Positions 1 through 9,948 of a DNA stretch of 64,000 bases are shown in pieces. Each line of letters opens with the position of its first letter. Within the stretch, counting starts at the first letter, position 1. A program made the position numbers and the translations under genes. The notes below the pieces were generated by a model. It had not been told where the DNA came from, searched no databases, and worked only from the letters and a program-made list of their open reading frames with translations. The stretch covers positions 39-64,038 of the forward strand of contig VBMB01000135.1 of the NCBI GenBank assembly GCA_005878525.1, read 5' to 3'. Origin of the DNA: Methanobacteriota archaeon (lineage in GTDB: Archaea; Thermoplasmatota; Thermoplasmata; RBG-16-68-12).

Positions 1-184
1 CGTTGCGGACGTACGTCTCGTTCACCACCGTCGCCGTCATGAGGCCGCGACCCGCCGCTTCCCAGAAGCTCATCGCGTCCGCCTGGACGTGGGCCGTCGG
101 TCGGCCGAGTTGCAGCGAGCCGACCGCAACGAGTGCCCCAACGAGGAGAATTACGACTGTACCCTTCGGCGAAAAGACTCTCAT
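1..184 (-). CDS. Secreted/membrane-anchored hypothetical protein, 5' part (runs off the window)
   Basis: ATG at 184 gives MRVFSPKGTVVILLVGALVAVGSLQLG..., a basic N-terminus plus hydrophobic segment; open to position 1. Confidence 0.6.
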   Translation of the reverse strand, partial: MRVFSPKGTVVILLVGALVAVGSLQLGRPTAHVQADAMSFWEAAGRGLMTATVVNETYVRN

Positions 185-354
185 CCCGCCCCGATCCGCT
201 CTGTTAATCGAACACATGAAATCGAGTTTGCTTAAGGGTGCCGGCACAATTCTCAGATGTTTCGCAGCGTGATTTTCAATCGTGATAAGATCGTCTGGAG
301 GGCCCAAAATGGCCGCGACGATGCCTTGAAGTCGCCTCCGGCGCTCCCTCGGCC

Positions 355-1362
355 GTGCTCGTCTACGATCCTCGGTTCCTCGACCACGTATCCTCGCCCC
401 TCCATGTGGAGCGGCCGGATCGCCTCCGGTCCATCGTTTCTCACCTAGAACGAGAGGGCCTCTTCACCGACGTCGAGGGGGCGCTCCCTGCGACGGTCGC
501 GGAAGTGAAGCGGGTCCATCGGGAAACGTATATCGAATACTTCCAGAACCTCGGCGAAGGGCTGCTTGATCCCGAGACGGCCGTGCACCCGGGGACGTTC
601 GACCTCGCGCTCCTCGCGGCGGGGGCGGTCCTTGAGGGGACGCGATCCGCCGTGCGGGACGGCCGACCGGCAGTCGCACTCGTACGACCTCCGGGCCATC
701 ACGCGGGCCCCGACTACGGAGGCGGCTTCTGCTACCTGAACAACATCGCGGTCGCGGCCGCGGACCAGGTGGCCGCGGGAAGGCGCGTCGCCATCCTAGA
801 CTATGACGCCCATCACGGAAACGGAACGCGCGACATCTTCGCCGACAGCGCGTCCGTCTTGTATCTCTCCACGCACGAGTACGGAATCTACCCGGGCACG
901 GGTCCCGCCGAGGACGTCGGGACGGGAGAAGGCCGCGGATTCACGGTAAACATCCCATTCTCGGCGGGGTGTGGAGACGCTTCGTACCTCGCGGCTCATG
1001 ACCGGATCGTCGAGCCGATCGTCGAGCAGTTCCGGCCGGATCTGATTCTCGTGAGCCTCGGGGTCGACGCGCACTACCGCGACCCGCTCACGTCGCTCGT
1101 TGTGTCCTCCCCTGGTTATGTGGAACTCTTGACCCGGAGCGCGGCCCTCGCGACCCGTCTCTGCGGGAGCCGATTCGCCGTGGCTCTGGAAGGCGGATAT
1201 CATCTCGATGCGCTGGGCGAGGTGATCGCCGGCGTCGTCGCCCGCCTCCGCGGACGATCGATTTCGCTGGCGCTTTCCGAGGTCCTCGATGACACGGGTC
1301 GTGGCGGTCCCGCCATCGAGGCGACGATTCGAGCCCATCGTCCATTCTGGAACCTACGTTGA
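355..1362 (+). CDS. Histone deacetylase family (HDAC/AcuC-like) amidohydrolase
   Basis: HVERPDR, RPPGHHA, GFCYLNN, DYDAHHGNGT, GVDAH and LEGGY motifs. Confidence 0.95.
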   Translation: MLVYDPRFLDHVSSPLHVERPDRLRSIVSHLEREGLFTDVEGALPATVAEVKRVHRETYIEYFQNLGEGLLDPETAVHPGTFDLALLAAGAVLEGTRSAVRDGRPAVALVRPPGHHAGPDYGGGFCYLNNIAVAAADQVAAGRRVAILDYDAHHGNGTRDIFADSASVLYLSTHEYGIYPGTGPAEDVGTGEGRGFTVNIPFSAGCGDASYLAAHDRIVEPIVEQFRPDLILVSLGVDAHYRDPLTSLVVSSPGYVELLTRSAALATRLCGSRFAVALEGGYHLDALGEVIAGVVARLRGRSISLALSEVLDDTGRGGPAIEATIRAHRPFWNLR

Positions 1363-2505
1363 CTGGTGGTGCCGCTTCCGCTCCGTGACCTTGCGCTCCT
1401 TCTCTTTGACGATCCGCTTGTAGAGCGTGTCCAGGAGCTTCGTCAGGGCGACCCGGAGGTCCCAGTCGAACTCGTGCGCGTAGTAGATCCGGTGAGCCGT
1501 CGTGAAGCGCGCCCGGATGGAGTACTTCCAGCGGTCGCCCTCCGGCTTGTACTTCTGGAAATGGATCGTGAGGGTTCGAGGCTGTACGAGCGGCGCGATG
1601 CGACGCATCTCCTTCTGGATGACGGCGTAAATCTCGTCGTACGCTTCTTTCGGCTCGTCCTCGAGCCCGCCGATTTCCACGAAGAGCTGCTCTCGCTCCC
1701 GGAGTCCCGCGAGGAACTGCATGAGGTCCTGCGACGTGATGATCCCCACGGGCTCGTCTTTGTCCGTCACGATGATCGAGGAGACGTGGTGCTTGGCCAT
1801 CAGCTCCGCCGCGCGCTGCACGTCGGCGTCGGGCCCGACGATGAGCGGCGGGTAACGCATGACGCTTTTCACTTCGATGACGGCCTTCTCCTCGCGGCCC
1901 GCGCGGTCTCCGTACTGCTCGCGGACTTTCGGGCGGGAGAACAGGTCGACGACATCCTTCAGCCCGACCACGCCCCTCAGATGGCGGTGCTTGTCGACGA
2001 CCGGTACGGAGCGTTCGCCGAGGGACCGCATGATCTGCACCGCGTGCTCGACCGTGTCGTCCTCCGCCACGGCCTGCGGGTTCGGTGTCATGAAGTCCCG
2101 CACGATGACGCCCTCCAGGGCCCGCGTCTCGACGAGGGCGCGGACGATGTCTGATCGGGAGATGATTCCGACGAGCGCCTTCCCCTTGACGACGGGGATC
2201 GCACGGAACCCGGCCGAGATCATCTTCTCCGCGGCTTCGGGAAGCGGGGTCTCCGGACTGATTTGTGGCGGGATTTCAAGGACCGTTGATACTTTCGTGG
2301 CCGGGGGGAGATTGCGTCGCCGCATCAGCTCGCGCATCGTGACGACGCCGACGAGCTTCTTGCGTTCGATGACCGGGAGTTCGTGGATGTCGTTCGATTT
2401 CATCTTGCCGAGGACGTCCCCGAGCGTCTCGTCCGGGCTCGCGGTCACGAGGTCCGAGGACATGAAGTCGAACACCCGGAGGTCCTGGATTTTGTTCCGC
2501 TTCAT
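1354..2505 (-). CDS. Four-CBS-domain protein with C-terminal HPF/RaiA-like domain (probable archaeal ribosome hibernation factor)
   Basis: Two CBS pairs (LPVI..LVGVVT, IPVV..LVGIIS, VPVVD..LRGVVG, IIVT..PVGIIT) followed by a ~90-aa domain ending YAHEFDWDLRVALTKLLDTLYKRIVKEKER; start set at MKRNKIQ. Confidence 0.85.
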   Translation of the reverse strand: MKRNKIQDLRVFDFMSSDLVTASPDETLGDVLGKMKSNDIHELPVIERKKLVGVVTMRELMRRRNLPPATKVSTVLEIPPQISPETPLPEAAEKMISAGFRAIPVVKGKALVGIISRSDIVRALVETRALEGVIVRDFMTPNPQAVAEDDTVEHAVQIMRSLGERSVPVVDKHRHLRGVVGLKDVVDLFSRPKVREQYGDRAGREEKAVIEVKSVMRYPPLIVGPDADVQRAAELMAKHHVSSIIVTDKDEPVGIITSQDLMQFLAGLREREQLFVEIGGLEDEPKEAYDEIYAVIQKEMRRIAPLVQPRTLTIHFQKYKPEGDRWKYSIRARFTTAHRIYYAHEFDWDLRVALTKLLDTLYKRIVKEKERKVTERKRHHQST

Positions 2506-2637
2506 GGAAGAACCCGCCCGCCGGGAGAGAGCGATAGCGGGCTGGCGTATAAGAAAAGTGCGGCGACCCGTTGCCGAAACCGGCGAAACCAGAACTCGAG
2601 AGAGAGCTGCCGGCAAGACCTAGAACGGCCGCCGCGG

Positions 2638-3411
2638 CTACGGCTTCCGGGCTTCGATGATGAAGCGGCTCTCGGTGAGCGCGACTCCGTCCGGTGTCGT
2701 GAGCCGCTCCTCGACTCGGCGAAGCGGGGCGAGATCTCGCCCTAGTGGATTAAAATCAGGAATCGTCCAAGGCGAGACGCAGAGCAGATAGACGAGCTCG
2801 CCGAGTCCGCGGTACGCCACGCGGATGTCACGCGTTTCGGCTCGAGCGACGATCATTCCCGCTCGCCGGAATCCCCGCGCATATCGATCCAGGAGCGGGC
2901 CGAAGTCTTGCATCCGGGGGAAGAACGGTCGCAGTTCATTCCACTCGTTGCGGCCAATTTGCTGCGTGTAGACCGTTCCTCCCGGTGCGAGGACTCGATG
3001 GACCTCGTCGGGATCCATCTCCTCGTGCCGATCGAGGACGAGATCGAACGCATCATCCTGAAACGGGAGGCGGAGGCTGTGGGCGCGAACCACCTCGATC
3101 CGCAGATCCGACAGCGCTCGTTTGGCAATCGGCGCGTTGACGGCCCACGGCTCCGAGGCGACCGCACGTCCGCGGTACGCGTCGCAAAGTTCTGCCAACA
3201 GTTCGCCGCCACCCGTTCCCACGTCGAGCGCATACGAGGCGCGTGCCAGGAGCTCCTTCGCCCGTCGTTTGTAATCCCACGGCAGCCCGGGTCCGATTCG
3301 TTTCGACGAAACGCGCTCAAGATTCCATCCGACGAACGCCCGGGCGCGTTCGACGTACGGTCGGAGGCGATCGATGGAATCTGAATCCGCCTCTCGAGCG
3401 GCTCCCGGCAT
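2638..3411 (-). CDS. Class I SAM-dependent methyltransferase
   Basis: LDVGTGGGE motif I, LPFQDDAFDLV, VLAPGG; start uncertain. Confidence 0.85.
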   Translation of the reverse strand: MPGAAREADSDSIDRLRPYVERARAFVGWNLERVSSKRIGPGLPWDYKRRAKELLARASYALDVGTGGGELLAELCDAYRGRAVASEPWAVNAPIAKRALSDLRIEVVRAHSLRLPFQDDAFDLVLDRHEEMDPDEVHRVLAPGGTVYTQQIGRNEWNELRPFFPRMQDFGPLLDRYARGFRRAGMIVARAETRDIRVAYRGLGELVYLLCVSPWTIPDFNPLGRDLAPLRRVEERLTTPDGVALTESRFIIEARKP

Positions 3412-3474
3412 CGTCTGCTCGAATCGCCAGTCGCCACGATAAAGTTCTTTCTCGTCGTCTCGTTTCGCGTCGCG

Positions 3475-3750
3475 GTGAAAGTCCGCGCGGTCGTCGTGTT
3501 TCTCGGACGCGTGCAAGGGGTCAACTTTCGAGCGTATTGTGCGGAGAAGGCGGAGTCGCTGGGACTTGACGGGTACGTCGAGAACCGATGGGATGGAAGT
3601 GTGGAGGCGGTCTTCGAAGGCGATCGGTCCATGATTGAGACGTGCATCGAGTGGAACAAGACGTCCCAACCCTACGCAAGGGTCGAATCGGTCGAGGTGT
3701 CGTGGTCCGATCCGAAGGGAGAATTCCGCGGTTTTCGCGTCCGGCGGTAG
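3475..3750 (+). CDS. acyP: Acylphosphatase
   Basis: GRVQGVNFR, GYVEN..DGSVE; 91 aa. Confidence 0.95.
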   Translation: MKVRAVVVFLGRVQGVNFRAYCAEKAESLGLDGYVENRWDGSVEAVFEGDRSMIETCIEWNKTSQPYARVESVEVSWSDPKGEFRGFRVRR

Positions 3751-3798
3751 CGGAGACGAGGAAGTGGAAGCTCGGCATCACAAACTGGCACGATGCGA

Positions 3799-4632
3799 TT
3801 AGTTGATCTGGATGCGGTAGGTCCTTTCCGGCAAATCGTGGTGGATCGACCAAGCCTGCTCGGTTGTGAGCGACCCTCTCTCCAGCCAGGCCTTGGTCTT
3901 CTTCGGTACGGTCGCGGGTCCCAAGACGGCCCCGGGCCGGCGCGGATCGTCGATGTAATCGGTTTCCAGGAGGAATGGGGAGCCGCCTTTCAGAGCCTGC
4001 ACCACGAGCTGTTCCTTGGCCAGAATCGAAGGCACGAGTCCCGAGGTGTCCTCGCGTCGCGTGAAGGGCGTCGAATGATGCTTCACGACGTACTTGGGGT
4101 CGAGCCCCGCCCTCGCGGCCATTCTCGCGAATTCCGCGAACGTCGTCGGGGTCGGATCCTCGGTATGCAAGACGACCGCGCATTCGAGGCTCTTGGCCTG
4201 AGCCATCGCATACACGACAAGGTCGTTACAGGCCCGGATGATGTCCTCGCCGACGGGAAAGTGCGGTCTCCCGATTTCGCCGAAGGCGACGGCCCTCCCC
4301 TGGCGAATGTCGTTCGCGGCAAGGTCGATCGCATGTTTCATCGCATCCGTCGCAGATTCGTGGCCGAGCGTTTCCCGCAACTGGATGAACTCGACCGGAT
4401 ACGGACCCAGCGCGACGAACACTTGGAGGTGAGTGGCGGCCCGGACGGCGTCGGCCATGGCCAGCGTCAAGCCGTACGCCTTTTCGTAATCGGCCGCGCG
4501 GGTAATCGGCACCTCGGCGTATGGGCTGTGAGTGAGCAGGATCGCGGTGCCGCCCGACTTCTCGAATGTCTTCGCGGCCTCGACGCCTTTGAAGCTCGCA
4601 CGCAGATGGATGTGGTTGTCGAAGATGGCCAC
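3799..4632 (-). CDS. TatD-family metal-dependent hydrolase
   Basis: DNHIH, GEIGRPH, VVLHTE, ETDYIDD. Confidence 0.9.
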   Translation of the reverse strand: MAIFDNHIHLRASFKGVEAAKTFEKSGGTAILLTHSPYAEVPITRAADYEKAYGLTLAMADAVRAATHLQVFVALGPYPVEFIQLRETLGHESATDAMKHAIDLAANDIRQGRAVAFGEIGRPHFPVGEDIIRACNDLVVYAMAQAKSLECAVVLHTEDPTPTTFAEFARMAARAGLDPKYVVKHHSTPFTRREDTSGLVPSILAKEQLVVQALKGGSPFLLETDYIDDPRRPGAVLGPATVPKKTKAWLERGSLTTEQAWSIHHDLPERTYRIQIN

Positions 4633-4656
4633 GCCTCGCCAAACGAGGGCGGTCTC

Positions 4657-5121
4657 TTAGGCTTTCCCGGTTCCGGGCCGAGTCGCGGGAGGGACGTTGA
4701 TGCGTGCTTGGAGCGCGCGGTTCATCTCCTCGAATCCTCGGCGGGCGTCACGATTGAGGCTCCGAGCCAGGAGGGGGACGAGCAGACCGCGGAATTGCTC
4801 CCGCTGAATGAACCGAGTGCGCATCGATCCGAGGGGTTCGATTTGAAAAATGTGTTCGCCGTCGAAGAGTCGAGGAAGGCCGAGGCGGCCCAGCCATCGC
4901 AGCTCGCGGTTCGGGATGACCGCCTTGACGGTGGGTCGAAATCGCATCGGCCGGGTCCCCGTCGCCCCGATGAGCACGTCGAGTCGCGAGCCGACCTGCA
5001 TCTTGCCATGGATCCGCCGGATGAACGGGTTCCACTCCGGGAACCTCTCGAAATCGGTCAGGATTTCCCACACGCGTTCGACTGGCGCGTCGATCTCAAC
5101 CTCGGTTCGAAGATCTAACAT
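4657..5121 (-). CDS. SRPBCC (polyketide cyclase/START-like) domain protein
   Basis: EIDAPVERVWEILTDFERFPEWNPF ... GFEEMNRAL. Confidence 0.9.
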   Translation of the reverse strand: MLDLRTEVEIDAPVERVWEILTDFERFPEWNPFIRRIHGKMQVGSRLDVLIGATGTRPMRFRPTVKAVIPNRELRWLGRLGLPRLFDGEHIFQIEPLGSMRTRFIQREQFRGLLVPLLARSLNRDARRGFEEMNRALQARINVPPATRPGTGKA

Positions 5122-5125
5122 CGCG

Positions 5126-5674
5126 CTAGCGGAGCAGCCCGGCGGCCTTCAGCTCCTGCGTAATCTTCTCAACGGCCTCCTCGACATCCGAGGGCTTCCG
5201 GGCGCCCGTGCACACGAGCTTGCCGCTCCCGAACAGGAGGACGACCACCTTTGGCACGTCGATCCGGTACACGAGGCCGGGGAACTGCTCCGGCTCGTAC
5301 TCGACCTTCTCGAGGCCGAGAGAGATCGCGATCGCGTTCAGGTTGATTTCAGTCCCGAGGTCCGACGAGGCGACGATGTTCTGGACCTCGATCACCGGGT
5401 TCTTCTTGATCGGGATGCCGGCCGCCTCGATCTGTTTCGCGACCATGTCGATTGCAATCTTGACGTGCTCGAGGCTCTTTGCGCCCGTGCAGACGACTTT
5501 CCCGCTGCGGAACAGGAGCGTCGCCGTCTTGGGTTCCTTCAATCGGTAGATGAGTCCCGGGAACTGTTCCGGCTCGTACTCCGCCCCTCCGAGGGCGAGG
5601 GCGATCGCCTGGAGGTCGAGTTCCTCTCCCAGGGACGTCGAGGCGACGACGTTCTCAATCTTGATTTTGGCCAA
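5126..5674 (-). CDS. tbp: TATA-box binding protein
   Basis: Two NVVAS..YEPEQFPGL.YR..LLF.SGK.VCTGA repeats; TTG start. Confidence 0.98.
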   Translation of the reverse strand: MAKIKIENVVASTSLGEELDLQAIALALGGAEYEPEQFPGLIYRLKEPKTATLLFRSGKVVCTGAKSLEHVKIAIDMVAKQIEAAGIPIKKNPVIEVQNIVASSDLGTEINLNAIAISLGLEKVEYEPEQFPGLVYRIDVPKVVVLLFGSGKLVCTGARKPSDVEEAVEKITQELKAAGLLR

Positions 5675-5747
5675 AGTTACACCACCTCTCGCTGTGGCCT
5701 CGAGAGCCGCAACGGGGTTGAGTACTAGAGGGGAGTCAAAGAGTAGT

Positions 5748-6683
5748 TTATAAGGTTTGGTCGCGAACGTTCGCCCCCGAGACCGCGCGGAAGGCCGCCT
5801 CCTTGCCCCGCACGAGCGCGTACAGCGCCGCGTTCAGGGGAACGGGGATCCGATGGCGTCCTGCGGCCCGTACGATTGATCCGGTGATCGCGTCGATTTC
5901 TGTTCGATGGTGCCGGTCCAAGTCTTGGAGCATACTCGCCCGGTTCGCGGCGGTCCGCTTCGCGACGAGGATCGTGCGATGTCGCAACTCCTGTTCATCG
6001 ACGTGCGCGCCTTCGGCCTTCGCGACCGCGGTCGCCTCGCGGCACACATTCTCGATGAGGCCCACAAGGCGCTTGTCCCGTACGAGCCGCCCGTTCGGGA
6101 CCTCCGCAAGAGCGGCAATCGGATTGATTGATGCGTTCACGACGAGCTTGGACCACAGTTCTGTTTGAATGTCACTCGTCACGCTCGCGACGATTCCAAC
6201 GTCCGCGAGGAGATCCCGCAAGCGGACGAGGTCCGATTCGTCGACGCGAGTCCACGCGCCAAGTACAGTTTCGCCGACGCCGGCATGCCGGATCTCGCCC
6301 GGGCCGACGAACGTGACGCCGTGCGCCGTTGTGCCCGCGACGACGCGCCGTGCGGCCTTCTCGATTGTCTCGGCGTTCCCGAGACCATTTTGAAGCGTCA
6401 CGAAGATCGCGCGGTCGGCGAAGGGACGCAACGCAATCATCGCGTTCGCGGTATCGTACGACTTCGTCGTGATGAACACGAAGTCCGGTTTCGCGTTCTG
6501 CGGCACGCGGGTTGCGGCGCGCGGTTTCGCAATAATCGCCGTCTTTCCACGAACTCGAAGGCCGTGGGATTTGATCGCCGAAATGTGCTCCGCCCTCCCG
6601 ATGAGAGTCACATTGTGCCGTTGAGAAAGAAGGCCTCCGAAGAAGCTTCCCATCGCGCCCGCACCGAACACCAAGATTTCCAC
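5748..6683 (-). CDS. panE: Ketopantoate (2-dehydropantoate 2-) reductase
   Basis: GAGAMG, TKSYD, LQNGLGN, WSKLVVNASINP, SMLQD, TEIDAI; GTG start at VEILVFG. Confidence 0.92.
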   Translation of the reverse strand: MEILVFGAGAMGSFFGGLLSQRHNVTLIGRAEHISAIKSHGLRVRGKTAIIAKPRAATRVPQNAKPDFVFITTKSYDTANAMIALRPFADRAIFVTLQNGLGNAETIEKAARRVVAGTTAHGVTFVGPGEIRHAGVGETVLGAWTRVDESDLVRLRDLLADVGIVASVTSDIQTELWSKLVVNASINPIAALAEVPNGRLVRDKRLVGLIENVCREATAVAKAEGAHVDEQELRHRTILVAKRTAANRASMLQDLDRHHRTEIDAITGSIVRAAGRHRIPVPLNAALYALVRGKEAAFRAVSGANVRDQTL

Positions 6684-6832
6684 GGCGCGTGTGATGCGGA
6701 TGCACTCCAAAACGGTTTCGCTGCATGCTTCGCATCTTCTCCTTTTTATATAAATCGTAGAATGGACGAATTTTTGTCGCTTCGCTACTTTTAAGACCCC
6801 TTTTGACTATACAGAAAATAGGGAGGAAAGAA

Positions 6833-6871
6833 GTGGCCAAGAAAAAGAAGGGCAAGAAAAAGAAGAGATAG
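6833..6871 (+). CDS. Putative 12-aa lysine-rich microprotein MAKKKKGKKKKR
   Basis: TATA-like CTTTTAAG (~6789-6796), SD GGGAGG 6821-6826, 6-nt spacer, GTG, in-frame AAG/AAA codons, TAG. Confidence 0.5.
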   Translation: MAKKKKGKKKKR

Positions 6872-6915
6872 GCGCTTGCCCGGCCAGCCCTCGCGATGAT
6901 TTGTCGCTCGGCGAC

Positions 6916-7872
6916 TCATCGCGTCGCACCCTTTTCCCGTTTTTCATTCCTCTTATTCCTTTTCATCTCCCGGCCAATTCGATCTGCGATCTTCAGCGGT
7001 TCGGGATATCTGCGGAGGGTTGACGCGCGAACCACTTCGAGCGCGCGATCCAGAGAGATGCGGTGGCCGACGGAGACAAAGTTCGGCCGCTCGCAGCCCG
7101 GCGGAGTCCACGCGTATCCGCGGACCTGACCTCGGAATTCGATCGCCGTCACACCTGAGGGCGAATGGCCTCTCTTCGTCACACGACCAACCAGCGGGTG
7201 CTTCGCCACGCCGATCGTCGGAAGGTCGAGTCGTACTCCCACGTAGCACGCGATTCCGAAGAGAGCGGGATGCAGACGGCCGTGACCGTCAACGAGGAGG
7301 ACGTCCGGTCGCTGATTGAGGCGACGAACGGCTGCCTCGATTCCCGGAAACTCGCGATAAGCCAGGTATGTCGGGATATACGGAAAATCGACGTGATGCC
7401 TTACCGCGGCAATGTCGATTGGATTGAGATCCTTTAGGTCGACGCATGCGGCCACGACATACATCGCATCTCCGTCATAGCCTGCGTCGACGCCGGCGAT
7501 GCGTTCGAATTGTCGGCCCGTGTCCAGTTCGACGACGCGGTCGCTGAGCTTCCGTTGCTCGTCTCGGAGCGTGGTGAGAAGGCCGACGGGTTGCAACACG
7601 TCAAGGATGCGTCCCGATGAGACACGCCCACGCACTAGCTGGAAACCCTCTCGCTCGAGTTCCGATGATGCGGATACGAGAACCGGACGGCCATCCGCGC
7701 GGACGACGCGGTGGCTCCCCGCCGTGTCCGGATGAGTGTTCAACCATGTGGCCACCGATCGGGCCGCCCGAATGTCGCCCAACGCCCGCGCGATGGCTCC
7801 GCACGTCGCCACGCGGCCGGGTCCGACTTGATCGAGGCATTCTTGAAGAGCCTTCGAGAAATCGACGTCCAC
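6916..7872 (-). CDS. nfi: Fusion of an AGT/ATL-like (O6-alkylguanine) domain and endonuclease V
   Basis: N-terminal GRVATCGAIARALG..AARSV..SHRVV; C-terminal AGVDAGY, FPYIPTYLAYRE, LVDGHGRLHP, IGVAK, SVGH, PEPLKIAD; start uncertain. Confidence 0.9.
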   Translation of the reverse strand: MDVDFSKALQECLDQVGPGRVATCGAIARALGDIRAARSVATWLNTHPDTAGSHRVVRADGRPVLVSASSELEREGFQLVRGRVSSGRILDVLQPVGLLTTLRDEQRKLSDRVVELDTGRQFERIAGVDAGYDGDAMYVVAACVDLKDLNPIDIAAVRHHVDFPYIPTYLAYREFPGIEAAVRRLNQRPDVLLVDGHGRLHPALFGIACYVGVRLDLPTIGVAKHPLVGRVTKRGHSPSGVTAIEFRGQVRGYAWTPPGCERPNFVSVGHRISLDRALEVVRASTLRRYPEPLKIADRIGREMKRNKRNEKREKGATR

Positions 7873-8005
7873 GCGCGCACAGGGACTTGCGTCCGCAATA
7901 CTCTTGCCATTTCCAGGATTCGCAACGGCAACCATTCCCGTCTCTCCGATTGCGCGGGAAGCCGCGAAAACCCTTTCTACGGCTCGTCCCATCGACGGGC
8001 CACCG

Positions 8006-9292
8006 ATGTCCCTCCTGCTTCGCGGTGGCCTCATTATCACCCAGGACGAAAAGCGTCGGCTCGTGTCCGGTGACCTTCTCGTGGAAGACGGGCGAATTGT
8101 CGCGGTGGGCGAGGCGGATCGCACCGCGGACGAGGTCATCGATTGCTCCGGGTGCGCCGTCCTTCCCGGTTTCATCAACCTCCACCACCACGTCGCGAAC
8201 ACGCTCCTCCGCGGCATTGCGGACGACATGCCGCTCGAAGAGATGCTTCCAAAAGCCTCCGCGATCGACGCGAAGCTCACGCGGCGCGACGTGCAAATCG
8301 GTGCGCTCCTCGGATGCGTCGAGATGATCCGTTCGGGGACGACGAGCTTTCACGACCTGTTTTACTGGGAAGACGAGATCGCGCGGGCCGTGCGCGAATC
8401 GGGGATGCGTGGGTTTCTGTCGTGGGTCACGCTCGATGAGGCCTTCACGACGCAGCACGGCAGCCCGGTGAAGAACGCCGACGCATTCGTCGCGAAGCAG
8501 AAGGGCGATCCTCTCGTCACGCCCTCCGTCGGCGTGCAGGGCGTCTACTCGGCCTCGGAGGAAACCTACACGAAGGCGAAAGAAATCGGCGAGCGACGCG
8601 ATGTCCGACTCCACACGCACCTCTCCGAGACGCGCGGGGAGGTGGAAGCCCATCGCGAGAAGACCGGCCTTCGACCGGTCGAGTGGCTCGAGAAGATCGG
8701 GTTCCTCGGGGAGCGGGTCACCGCGGCGCATTGCGTTTGGGTCACGATGAACGAAGTCCGCGCCCTCGCCCGTTGCGGCACGAGCGTCGCTCATTGCCCG
8801 GTTTCCAACATGAAGCTCGCGGGTGGCGGCGTCGCGCCGGTGCCCGAAATGATCGAAGAAGGCGTCGTCGTCGGCCTCGGGACCGACTCGCCGATCTCGA
8901 ACAACGGGATGGACGTCTTTGCGGACATGAAGGTCGCCGCGCTCCTGCACAAAGCGACCCGGTGGGACGCGCGGGTGATGTCGGCGCAGACCGTCCTCGA
9001 CCTCGCGACGATCCAGGCAGCCCGCGCGTTACACGTCGAACAGGAAATCGGTTCGATCGAGCTCGGGAAGCGTGCGGATCTCGCGGTCGTCTCTCTGAAA
9101 GGCGCCCACACAACTCCTTTTTATCCGGAAACCGTCATCCGGCACCTCGTCTACAGCGGCCGGGGGAGCGATGTGCAAGCGACGATCGTCGATGGCCAGA
9201 TTCTAATGTCGGGGGGCGTCGTGCGAACCGTCGACGAGGCGGACGTCATCGCTCGAGCGCAAGAGACGGCCCGCGAGCTGTTCGAGGCGTGA
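8006..9292 (+). CDS. Amidohydrolase of the MTA/SAH deaminase (MtaD/SsnA-like) family
   Basis: PGFINLHHH, HTHLSET, AHCV, HCPVSNMKL, GLGTDS. Confidence 0.9.
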   Translation: MSLLLRGGLIITQDEKRRLVSGDLLVEDGRIVAVGEADRTADEVIDCSGCAVLPGFINLHHHVANTLLRGIADDMPLEEMLPKASAIDAKLTRRDVQIGALLGCVEMIRSGTTSFHDLFYWEDEIARAVRESGMRGFLSWVTLDEAFTTQHGSPVKNADAFVAKQKGDPLVTPSVGVQGVYSASEETYTKAKEIGERRDVRLHTHLSETRGEVEAHREKTGLRPVEWLEKIGFLGERVTAAHCVWVTMNEVRALARCGTSVAHCPVSNMKLAGGGVAPVPEMIEEGVVVGLGTDSPISNNGMDVFADMKVAALLHKATRWDARVMSAQTVLDLATIQAARALHVEQEIGSIELGKRADLAVVSLKGAHTTPFYPETVIRHLVYSGRGSDVQATIVDGQILMSGGVVRTVDEADVIARAQETARELFEA

Positions 9293-9295
9293 GCC

Positions 9296-9946
9296 GTGAT
9301 CGTCGGCGTCGACGAGGCGGGGAGAGGTCCCGTCCTCGGTCCGCTCGTCGTGGCCGGCGTCGCGGTCGAGTCCGACGTCGCGTTGCGCCACATGAACGTC
9401 CGAGATTCGAAGAAACTCTCGCCGGAGAAGCGGGAGGCGCTGGCGCCCGAGATCGAGAAGGTCGCGACCTGGGAGCTCCTCGTGATTCCCGCCGAGGAGA
9501 TCGATATGATGCGCGCGGAGATGTCCCTGAACGACTTCGAGGCGAAGCTCTTCGCTCAGCTCATCGAGCGGCTTCATCCGGAGACTGCCTACGTCGACGC
9601 CGCGGACGTGGACGAGATCGAATTCAAGCGCCGTGTGCAGCGGGAACTGCGTTTCGCCGTCGAGGTCGTCTCCCAGCACAACGCGGACGAGCTCTTCCCG
9701 GTCGTGAGCGCGGCGTCGATCTTGGCGAAAGTCCGCCGAGACCGAGAGATGCGTGCGATCGAGGCCGAAATCGGCGATACGATCGGCTCGGGTTATTCGT
9801 CCGATCCGGACACGATCACGTTCCTGGAAAAGTGGATTAAGAAAAACGGGACGCTGCCGCCGCACACGCGGACCTCGTGGGACACCGCCCGGCGGTTGCT
9901 CGCGGAGTCGCGGAACCGAAAGCTCGATGAATTCGGCGGTCGGTAG
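9296..9946 (+). CDS. rnhB: Ribonuclease HII
   Basis: GVDEAGRGPVLGP, RDSKKL, AASILAKV, GSGY. Confidence 0.97.
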   Translation: MIVGVDEAGRGPVLGPLVVAGVAVESDVALRHMNVRDSKKLSPEKREALAPEIEKVATWELLVIPAEEIDMMRAEMSLNDFEAKLFAQLIERLHPETAYVDAADVDEIEFKRRVQRELRFAVEVVSQHNADELFPVVSAASILAKVRRDREMRAIEAEIGDTIGSGYSSDPDTITFLEKWIKKNGTLPPHTRTSWDTARRLLAESRNRKLDEFGGR

Positions 9947-9948
9947 CG

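Noticed and set aside
5126..5674. Internal direct repeat in tbp
   Set aside because: Normal two-fold architecture of TBP
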